Source: a virus | Taxonomy: Duplodnaviria; Caudoviricetes | Strand: one strand, 5' to 3' | DNA: 64,000 nt | Virus record (IMG/VR): IMGVR_UViG_3300042868_003477 | Coordinates: 1,458 to 65,457 of that record | In this document: piece after piece, positions 47,101 to 54,563 of the stretch | Numbering within the stretch: the first letter of the stretch is position 1 | How the letters are laid out: each line of letters starts with the position of its first letter | Program-made: the position numbers and the translations under genes | The notes under the pieces: model-generated | The model's input: only the letters and a program-made list of their open reading frames with translations | Told to the model about the DNA's origin: nothing | The model's database searches: none

Positions 47101-47195
47101 TTAGTCTGCAATACATTACCATAAAAATTTAAATCTGGTTGAAAAGGTTGCAACTGAGGTATAAAGTCTGTCACATTTTGTAAATACGTGGCCAT
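44091..47195 (-). CDS. virion cargo/ejection protein
   Basis: 1034-aa Cys-free ORF in the cargo block; N-terminus with QPFQPDLNFY and a coiled segment. Confidence 0.75.
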   Translation of the reverse strand: MATYLQNVTDFIPQLQPFQPDLNFYGNVLQTKQTQYDTNWKALNKMYGQYFNADLTRDDNIKKKDDYLNNVEFQLKRVSQLDLSLEQNVTQATQIFKPFYEDKGLMKDMAWTKNFNNQYGMAQSYKGAYDDKQRAKYWDVGLREMDYMKDEFKTASSSDAMSFGNVQYTPYVNTIKEAQKLAKDAGLSIETVDFSHEGGAQEGKWIVKTKNGEQLIEPLQKLFESQLGSDPGIQAVYKTQSFVNRKDYAYSNAAQFGGDKEKAEMKYLEDSFTVLKDRAVQRYNQLKDVSTAYDKKIKDLEKQKEEGKGTKEIDDLLKAYTTNKGINDKVLSRAEQDNEMINGDQSKTVTTSTGFQNPYGDIKSLRYKVDNGMASMLMQKDLDEAANIFAYKDAKQDIDANPYAVLADKHKYSMQQISARNAGLERAARIRNAGDEKNMINKARLEAGTHRIDENGQVIPIEGLNDTFVIPNDKGTSTDRLNLKEVSSKIARMRTDQYATPYLSNTVALIQKFMKQGTMTKAQATEILGYSRFKNISLDKFSEKLNGSNSYGFITSEIGTKDLAQIRNKMSTWISQNGQLSGFQGQEYDNYKQSAINFSDYTNYLKANKDFLKESGKIVENEVVRKFGEKARHLYDTDGNLNTKEEYVNSLTKGANKSKSSDRNIKLIQLKDVSSKLSNIYDEYMTGTSKNLVEYAAATKRAKSDPRVQELLEKKRDIQKAIGGTNLVEINSVARDYDEMVREAGKVYSSNKVSKTSNPLPGLDQLGEMTGTGLFTSGVTGTFVNPKAVHTKGNIQFGQLVRDIEKIDWGSTNKNRVTFDGISKTAFDKRAEEGFRNDAGISILNAIRAEMMKPKTKMGNFKIGVAPIAGGSVNKAAMIIYPDSEWLKGYVYNKNKDGDLTTPGIISTEQYNLIMKNGISYIADSKELSNDLYTSSFNSPLASYVDYYGSYTYSDPANPNYKLQIEKNKIGTGDYNVSMNYPLWNPEEGKYEMITDYNNTTYHGNNLERIRKEFATDYTPKINNLNTQLQNGKY

Positions 47196-47197
47196 GA

Positions 47198-47692
47198 TTA
47201 TTTAAAATTTAAATTTGCATATATTCCTACATATAATGCTGCAGCTGCATCATATGCTTTTGCTGCCTCAATTTCTGTAATATATCTTTTAGTTAATACT
47301 CTTTTACCATTTACCATTAGTTGAGCATTCCATTTATTTCTTGCTTTATCATAAGTAACCCCTAAGTATTTAGATGAACTGTTTTTGTGAGAAGAAGTAT
47401 TTCTATTATTTTCTGCTTTAGTACAAATTCTTAAATTACTTTTTTGATTGTTTAAAGAATTACCATCTATATGATCTACAACTAAATTAGAATCATTACA
47501 TCTCATAATTACTCTATGTAAAAAAACTTCATATTTTACTCCTGATTTTAATATACTTTTCTTTTTAGATCTTTTTACATAAAATTTATTTTTAATAAAT
47601 ACAGCATTCCAATTCCATTGGCTTAACCAATAATAATCTTCATCATCTACTGTTGTATAAATGTTATTACCTAAATATAAATCCTTTGCCAT
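47198..47692 (-). CDS. free-standing HNH-AP2 homing endonuclease
   Basis: LHRVIM, VDHIDGNSLNNQKSNLR, SKYLGV...KWNAQ...EAAKAYDAAA...ANLNF. Confidence 0.9.
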   Translation of the reverse strand: MAKDLYLGNNIYTTVDDEDYYWLSQWNWNAVFIKNKFYVKRSKKKSILKSGVKYEVFLHRVIMRCNDSNLVVDHIDGNSLNNQKSNLRICTKAENNRNTSSHKNSSSKYLGVTYDKARNKWNAQLMVNGKRVLTKRYITEIEAAKAYDAAAALYVGIYANLNFK

Positions 47693-47714
47693 GTATTATT
47701 TCTTATTGTTGTAA

Positions 47715-47756
47715 AACTATTAAAATTTTATAAGTTTATTAAACTTAAAATGTTTA
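47715..47756 (-). promoter_or_regulatory. candidate late promoter/operator (17-bp near-palindrome plus AT-rich element)
   Basis: TAAACTT-aaa-ATGTTTA at 47740-47756 plus an extra half-site at 47731; same layout as 54520-54563. Confidence 0.4.
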
Positions 47757-49937
47757 GAGTAAGTATGGAAAAATATTATCAGTATATACAAAGCCTCCAT
47801 TTGCAAAGATTGCTCCTCCTAATTTTTTACCAAATTTAATATCTAAAAGTTTTTGCTGGATTTTTGGATCATAACCAGAGATGCTATCTACATATTCTTC
47901 TGCTGTCATTTCATCTTCACCTGGTGTAACTGTTTTATCAGTTGGTGTATATGCTACCATACCACCTGTACTAGGATCAACTTGATAATTAGGATACATT
48001 TGATTCATAGCATCAGTCTTAGCTCTGTTAGTTAAAGCAGTATTATATGCTTGACGCATATTAGCTCTACCAGCTGTTTTAGCATTTTGAAACTGTTGAT
48101 TAGCAATTGTATTTTTATCATAAACTCTATTAGCCATTTGTTGGTTCAGCATCTGTTCTTGATTTCTTATACCAACTTGTTGTCCTTCAAACTGATTAGC
48201 AATGTTAACATTTTGATTGTTAATATTAGATAATGTATTAGCAGCACTTTCAGCACCTTGTCCTTGTATAGCAGATAATCTAGCATTTAAAGCTTGTGGT
48301 CCAGCAAATTGTGCAGCTGCATCAGAAGCAATGCTTGCTTGTTCTGATTGTGCAGCAAGTTCTCTTGTAGGATCTAAGAATGTAGGTCTTGGTTCTTCAA
48401 GATCAACTCTTGCTTCCCAAGGCATTTCTTTTTGAACACCCATAAGTTCTCCAAAAGCACCCATAGTATTTACAGTATCTTGTAACCACCACTTAGGATT
48501 TTGTCTAGGAGGTGCACCAGCAACTTGTTCATTAACTATTTCATCTTCACCACACATACAATCTTCATCAGTCTCAATTTCAAATACAGATACTTCACCT
48601 GTTTCAGGATCTGTACATTCACATTTCTTTTTACCTGGAATTGTTTCTTCTACTGGTTTTTCTTTTAATTCAAATGCTTCAAGTGTATCATCTCCTGATT
48701 TAGCAATATTTTCACAACCTGTAAATTTACTTATAGCTGAAGCATGTATATGACCTGCTGTTGCTACTTCTGCAGCTGTATAACCTTTAAGATCTCCGTT
48801 TTTCATTCTGTTACAAATACCTTTTTCTACAGCAGCAGCATTTGAGGGATCATAAGGATGTGTTCTGTGAGCTTTTTTTAATGCGGCTTTTTGAGCAGCT
48901 TCAGCTGCACTACCTCTTAATCCAATCTTCTTACCATCTCTTTCAACTACAATTACATCATCATCAAACTTGTCTACTTGCTTAGCTTTATGTTTAGTAG
49001 GATCATATTCTTTTTCAAGCTGTTCTTTAGATTTCTTTTTTCTTGGTGTTTCACCTGCTTTGGCATATGTTGGAATACCACCATACTTCATTTCATTTGG
49101 ATCATTATAGAAAGGCATATCATAACCACCCATTTCCATACCATACATAGCCATTGGAGAAGCACCCATTTCTTCAGGCATCTCTTCAGACATTTCTTGT
49201 GGTTGTGCAACTGGTTCACCGTTAGGCATGTTCATTGGCATTTCTTCAGAAGGACCTTCTGCTTCTTCACCTTGTGACATTTGTTCTTCAGGATTGCTTT
49301 GTTCTGGTGCTTCTTCTTTTGGTATAAGATCTTCTTCTGCTATACCCATAGCTTCCATATAAGGTTTAGCTATAACTGGAATACCTTGAGGAAATCCTTT
49401 TTTACTTTCTTGAGCTAAAGCTAAGGCTCCTAATTTAATAGTGTAATTCTTAATCATCATCTCAGCAGTTTTTCTTGCTAACTTATCTGAGTTAGGATCT
49501 TGAAGAAGTGCTCTATATTTATTTAAGTCATACTTTTTAGAAAGCTCTGCTGGTGTATAAGATTTATTATTCTTTACACCAAACATTTTAAGTATAGAAG
49601 GGTCTTTAATAATCATAGATTTAGTATCACTGAATATGAAACTATCATCTGGAAGATTAAGTGGAACTCCACCATTGGTATGTCTAGGTCCTTTTATATC
49701 ATAGAAAGAAGGCATGCTACTACCATCAATATTACCTATTACAGTTTCACCACCTTCAGCCTCCAAGTTAGCTTCTTCTCTAGGAACAGCTTTTAAAGTT
49801 TTAGAAACTTTCATATTAGGCTCACCTATATATGCATTGTAGTCAGCACCACCCATTGATGGAACATCATTTACTAAACCACCTCTAACTTGGTAACCTG
49901 TTCTAGCTTGTGGCAATTTTTTAATTCTTACTTTCAT
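47754..49937 (-). CDS. virion cargo protein with GG motifs and GxxHxxGG domain
   Basis: NLEAEGGE...GPRHTNGGV...FIFSD domain of crAss-like cargo proteins; Q/N-rich C-terminal coil; N-terminal MKVRI. Confidence 0.75.
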   Translation of the reverse strand: MKVRIKKLPQARTGYQVRGGLVNDVPSMGGADYNAYIGEPNMKVSKTLKAVPREEANLEAEGGETVIGNIDGSSMPSFYDIKGPRHTNGGVPLNLPDDSFIFSDTKSMIIKDPSILKMFGVKNNKSYTPAELSKKYDLNKYRALLQDPNSDKLARKTAEMMIKNYTIKLGALALAQESKKGFPQGIPVIAKPYMEAMGIAEEDLIPKEEAPEQSNPEEQMSQGEEAEGPSEEMPMNMPNGEPVAQPQEMSEEMPEEMGASPMAMYGMEMGGYDMPFYNDPNEMKYGGIPTYAKAGETPRKKKSKEQLEKEYDPTKHKAKQVDKFDDDVIVVERDGKKIGLRGSAAEAAQKAALKKAHRTHPYDPSNAAAVEKGICNRMKNGDLKGYTAAEVATAGHIHASAISKFTGCENIAKSGDDTLEAFELKEKPVEETIPGKKKCECTDPETGEVSVFEIETDEDCMCGEDEIVNEQVAGAPPRQNPKWWLQDTVNTMGAFGELMGVQKEMPWEARVDLEEPRPTFLDPTRELAAQSEQASIASDAAAQFAGPQALNARLSAIQGQGAESAANTLSNINNQNVNIANQFEGQQVGIRNQEQMLNQQMANRVYDKNTIANQQFQNAKTAGRANMRQAYNTALTNRAKTDAMNQMYPNYQVDPSTGGMVAYTPTDKTVTPGEDEMTAEEYVDSISGYDPKIQQKLLDIKFGKKLGGAIFANGGFVYTDNIFPYLL

Positions 49938-49946
49938 GGTTTCTTA

Positions 49947-52900
49947 TTATAAATATTCTACTTCACCTCCATTAGCAAGGAAATCTGCTAACTCTTCTTC
50001 TGTCATGTCAACTTCTTCATCTTCATAGTAGTCATTCATAGCACCACCATATTGAGCAGATCTACTTCCCCAGGTTTGACCTTGATCATTTGGTCTATAT
50101 AATCCTGTATTAGTATCATAATCACCACGGTCTCTGCTTGGATCTGAAGCATACAGATTATCAGCTGTAAGATTTTCAAATCTTTTACTATTTTGTTTAT
50201 TATTTGTAAATCTGTTTAACATTCCAGTAGCTCCTCTTACTCCAGCATTTAGTGTAGCTAATGATCCTTCAGGATCTATTTCCCACATGTTTTTAGTTTT
50301 AAAATCCATAGAGAAATTACCTGGAGTAGCTTGGTATTCTTTCTTAGCTTGATCACTAGAGAGCTGTGCTTTATCCATTTTAATTTCTTCAGGTTGTTTC
50401 TGAGTATTAACAGGAACTTTTTCATTAAAGCTTTGTTGATCATTCCAAAAGTTAGTAGGTTGTAAACCTTGTATACCTTCATTAAGAGTAAGCATATCTA
50501 CATTAGACATACCTACTAATGCAGGATTATCTGTATATGTAACTGGAGAATTTCCACCACCTGTAAATCTACTAAGATCACCACCCATTTGTTTAAAAGG
50601 ATTTTTAAAAGGATTTTGTGTAAGTGTTCCTACTGGATTTTTAGCAAGATTTTCTAATCTCTTTTTCTTTTCTGCTTTTCTTTCTTGTAAAGCATCCCAT
50701 TGCCAAGTTTCAGGATTTCTTTCTTTTTGATTGGCATTAAAACCTATTGCATCATAATATTCTTGTTTTTGTTTATCATAACCAGCTTCTATTTTTTCTA
50801 TATTAGCCATTTCTTTATCAAATGAAGCTTGATCAATTTTACCTTCTTGTAGTAATTTTGTAATCATACCTCTATTTTCTCTTAAAGCATTTCTAGGTTT
50901 GTCAAAATTTTCAACTGTATATGTATTCCTCATATCAGCTACTTCTTTATCAGTAGGATTAAGATTAACATTATTACCTCTTTGTTCTCTTTCTTTTATT
51001 GTTTTTTCTCTAGAAATTTTTTGATTATTTAAAGCTTCATCTAATCTTCTTTGAGCTTCTTCAGAAGTAGCTCTTTGAACAGGTTGATTCTTTTGAACAG
51101 ATTGTCTATTAGTATTTACTTGTCTATTATTTTGTCTATTATTTTGTCTGTTATTTCTATTAGTTTTTATTTGATCTGCCCATTCTCCCCATTTAGAATA
51201 CATACCACCTTTACCATCTCTACCAGTTAAGACTTCTTCACCTGGTATAACATCATCTTCTGGTTGATATTCTTCTGGTACACTAAATAACTTTCTAGGA
51301 TCATTATAAGAATCATAATCTTCATTTTTAGTAAAAGAATTTTCAATAGGTTCTTCAGTAGTATTATCAGGATTATCCATCATACTTGTAGCAAAAGGTC
51401 TTTGACCTAATTCATTTTGAGGAGAACTCTGTAATATTTTTTGAGACTTTTGTTCTTCAATCATTTTATTATAAGCTTCTTGCTCAGAAGTTAAAGCATT
51501 TCCAATTGGATCTTTAAAGGCACTTGGTACATTTGAACCATCAAGCTCTTGTTTAGCTGGTGCTGATACAAATGGACTTAATGCTTCTAATGAAGAAGGT
51601 GACTTTTGAGAAGGTTTAAGATAATCTTTAACAGAATTAGTTTCTAGTTTTTCTTCATCTCTAATTGGATGATCTAATGGGAAACCTGCATAAGGATCTA
51701 AGTTAGCATCAGATGCACTTAAGTTTTGTTTTTCTCCTCTAGCTAATTCTCTAGCAGTTCTTCTTTCACCTCTTCTGATAGCACCAGTTGCACCAGCACC
51801 TAACCCTTCAGTATTAGAAAAAGTTTTTCCAGCACCAGTTGTTTGAGCACCAGGTGTAGTACCTTGACCAGGTAATGTAATCAAGTTTTGTTTTCTTGGA
51901 TCCATTTGCTGGTTACCATAGTTAATGGTATACTTCTTAGGTCTACCAAACATACCTGACTTAGTAACATCAATTGATTGTACTTGTGTATTAGGTCCAA
52001 AACCCATACCAGGTATATTAGCTCCACTTAGTTTATCATAAGGACCTCTTCTCATTTGAGCCCATGAACCTCTATTGGTTGCTATGTTAGCGGGAAACAA
52101 ACTACCAAAAGCATTGAATCCATTATAACCTACATTAGCATAAGGGTTATATTGTTGATTTTGCTTTTGCATATACTCTTTTTCCCATTTTTCTTTTTCT
52201 TTAGCAAGTTTAGCTTCATAATCTTCCGTTTGATTACCAAATTTAACACCAGATTTTTCACCCATGGACCATACATCTGCACTAGGTAAATCATCTCTTA
52301 ATGACATACTGTTTGCATCTCCTACTCTTTTTTTATAATCATCAAAAAGTGATTTAGAATAAAAACCTTTATTTGTATTTTCATCAGTTTCACCTTTATC
52401 TGCATAAGTAGTTAATCCACCATATTGAAAATATGGATCAGAAGTATCTTTAGAATATACATCATCTATGTCAGCTTGATCTATGTCATTACCACCATAA
52501 ATAAACTTGTATAAATCTGGATTTTCAGAATCTACAAAACCACCAAATGGATAATTAGAGTCTCCACCATATTGTTTTTTATTTTTATCTATATATTTTT
52601 TTACAGATGAATTATTAAAACTTGGTAAGTCTGGTAAGTAATTATAAAGTTCTGATAAATTTTCAGCAGCATTTTGTCTATTTTCAGAAGCAGATCTATT
52701 AAATACATTTTTTTCTACAGGAGCATTAGGAAATTCTAACCAATCACCAAGACCACCAGTTTCTTTATCTACAGGAGCAACTGTATTTTTTTCTAGATTA
52801 TTAAAAGGTATTGTATTCTTTTTAGTTATTTTACCTACAGGTTGCGTTTGAGCAGTATGATTTTTAGGATCTCCTTTAAATTTTATATAAGAACCATCAT

Positions 52901-54503
52901 TAGCTTTTCTATAATAGTAACCTTTATTATTTGGTAAAGTGACATATTCAGAACTTTTATTTTCTCCAGCTTCTAATCTAGCAAGGTTACCTTCATTACC
53001 TACATTAAAATATTGTTCTTTTTTAGGATCAAAATACCTCCATTTATCATTTGTTCTTTGATATGTATATGAAGAACCTGGTAAACCTTGTAAATAAAGA
53101 TCATTTTGTTTTTTCTTTTCTCTTGTAGCTTCACTATTATTTACTACAGCATCTGTAGCTTCATCATTTACTTGTGTTGCTTTTCTTTCACCATTAGATC
53201 CAGTGTTTTCTTGAACATTACTAGCTGTACTTCCAGGTGTAGTATTTGAAGCTGCAGCATCACTAGATTTATTAGTAGCTGTATTACCCGGAGTATTAGC
53301 TGCTACTTCTTTAGTAGCTTCATTATTAACTACTTTAGCTACTTCTTCTGTAATAATTCTACCTTTTGTTTTACCTCCTTTTTTAGTTGTTTGACCATAA
53401 CCATAAAAACCAGCACCCATACCAGGAAAGCCCATACCAGGCATAACACTTGGCATACCAAATTCCATAGAGTATTCTTTAGGTCTACCAAATAAACCAG
53501 ATCTTCTTACATCCATTTTAGTAACAGGAGGCATACCATTTCCAAAGCCAAAACCTCTAGGCATTTTAGGTCTTCCAAATAACCCTCTTCTCATAGGTAT
53601 TTGAGCACCCATTTGAGCTTGATTAATTTGATTTTGATCTTGATCAAATATGTTACCTGTAGATTGAGAAAACAATGCTAAGTGATGCATTGGATTTTCA
53701 AAATCTTGTCCTTGGTAAATATTTGGATCTCCACCTTGTTGAGCCATAGGATACTGTTGCATCTGTTGTTGCTGTTGCATCATTTGATCAAACTGTTGTT
53801 CAGCTTGTTCTTTAGCTTTAGCTTGTGCAGAAGTATTTTGTAATGTACCAATAAAAGCTTGTAACTTATTTTTTCTAAAATCAGCTCCTATAGGATCACT
53901 GTCATTAGTTTTTGCTTGCTCAGTACCACCTGCTTGTTTTTTAATTAAAGATACCTTTTGTTTAACAAAAGCATTTTTAGCTTTTTTATAAGAACCTCCA
54001 TGTCTCATAACTAAATCAGAAGCAAAGGCATCTTCATCACTATAGTCTTCTTCTTCATCTTCTGCAACTACATCATTAGCAATATCATTATTTACATCAT
54101 CACCATAAAAGTCTTCTTCTATTTCTTGTACTGGCTCTGATTCTTCACCTGTATATTGATCTTCAGTTTCATCTTCTTCAACTTCATCTTCTGCTTCTGC
54201 ATCTCTTTGACTTTCTAATGAAGAATATATTTGCTCATAAAATTGATCAATAGACATAGGATCTAAACCTGAACTGTTAGCTATTTTCATAACAGTTTCT
54301 TCTTTAGGTCTTCCATTTGAAATGTCACTAATTATCATTTGAGATAATTGATCTTCATTAGACTCTTCTGTTTCTTGAGGATAACCCATTACATTAGGAT
54401 CAGGCATACCACCTTCTTGAGCTTTTTGTATAAAGCTGCTTAGTTTATTTATAACTTTCCCTTGACCGTCTGGTGCTTTATAAATTCTGACTTTCTTTTT
54501 CAT
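49947..54503 (-). CDS. low-complexity virion cargo protein (candidate polyprotein) with many xxxGG motifs
   Basis: 1518 aa, Cys-free, largely disordered composition; AQEGG, MRHGG, KQAGG, AQQGG, KQYGG, FQYGG, KQMGG, AQYGG. Confidence 0.75.
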   Translation of the reverse strand: MKKKVRIYKAPDGQGKVINKLSSFIQKAQEGGMPDPNVMGYPQETEESNEDQLSQMIISDISNGRPKEETVMKIANSSGLDPMSIDQFYEQIYSSLESQRDAEAEDEVEEDETEDQYTGEESEPVQEIEEDFYGDDVNNDIANDVVAEDEEEDYSDEDAFASDLVMRHGGSYKKAKNAFVKQKVSLIKKQAGGTEQAKTNDSDPIGADFRKNKLQAFIGTLQNTSAQAKAKEQAEQQFDQMMQQQQQMQQYPMAQQGGDPNIYQGQDFENPMHHLALFSQSTGNIFDQDQNQINQAQMGAQIPMRRGLFGRPKMPRGFGFGNGMPPVTKMDVRRSGLFGRPKEYSMEFGMPSVMPGMGFPGMGAGFYGYGQTTKKGGKTKGRIITEEVAKVVNNEATKEVAANTPGNTATNKSSDAAASNTTPGSTASNVQENTGSNGERKATQVNDEATDAVVNNSEATREKKKQNDLYLQGLPGSSYTYQRTNDKWRYFDPKKEQYFNVGNEGNLARLEAGENKSSEYVTLPNNKGYYYRKANDGSYIKFKGDPKNHTAQTQPVGKITKKNTIPFNNLEKNTVAPVDKETGGLGDWLEFPNAPVEKNVFNRSASENRQNAAENLSELYNYLPDLPSFNNSSVKKYIDKNKKQYGGDSNYPFGGFVDSENPDLYKFIYGGNDIDQADIDDVYSKDTSDPYFQYGGLTTYADKGETDENTNKGFYSKSLFDDYKKRVGDANSMSLRDDLPSADVWSMGEKSGVKFGNQTEDYEAKLAKEKEKWEKEYMQKQNQQYNPYANVGYNGFNAFGSLFPANIATNRGSWAQMRRGPYDKLSGANIPGMGFGPNTQVQSIDVTKSGMFGRPKKYTINYGNQQMDPRKQNLITLPGQGTTPGAQTTGAGKTFSNTEGLGAGATGAIRRGERRTARELARGEKQNLSASDANLDPYAGFPLDHPIRDEEKLETNSVKDYLKPSQKSPSSLEALSPFVSAPAKQELDGSNVPSAFKDPIGNALTSEQEAYNKMIEEQKSQKILQSSPQNELGQRPFATSMMDNPDNTTEEPIENSFTKNEDYDSYNDPRKLFSVPEEYQPEDDVIPGEEVLTGRDGKGGMYSKWGEWADQIKTNRNNRQNNRQNNRQVNTNRQSVQKNQPVQRATSEEAQRRLDEALNNQKISREKTIKEREQRGNNVNLNPTDKEVADMRNTYTVENFDKPRNALRENRGMITKLLQEGKIDQASFDKEMANIEKIEAGYDKQKQEYYDAIGFNANQKERNPETWQWDALQERKAEKKKRLENLAKNPVGTLTQNPFKNPFKQMGGDLSRFTGGGNSPVTYTDNPALVGMSNVDMLTLNEGIQGLQPTNFWNDQQSFNEKVPVNTQKQPEEIKMDKAQLSSDQAKKEYQATPGNFSMDFKTKNMWEIDPEGSLATLNAGVRGATGMLNRFTNNKQNSKRFENLTADNLYASDPSRDRGDYDTNTGLYRPNDQGQTWGSRSAQYGGAMNDYYEDEEVDMTEEELADFLANGGEVEYL
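51119..51156 (-). repeat. 12-nt tandem repeat encoding (NNRQ)x3
   Basis: ttgtctattatt units visible on the + strand. Confidence 0.7.
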
Positions 54504-54519
54504 ATAAATAGTTATATTA

Positions 54520-54563
54520 TAATATACTAAATTTTAAATTAATACCTAAACTTGATAAGTTTA
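54520..54563 (-). promoter_or_regulatory. candidate late promoter/operator
   Basis: Perfect inverted repeat TAAACTT-gat-AAGTTTA (54547-54563) followed on the minus strand by AAAATTTAGTATATT. Confidence 0.4.

Noticed and set aside
47198-47753. A third group I intron around the HNH-AP2 gene
   Set aside because: No P/Q/R/S elements and no room for a core; flanking genes are complete.
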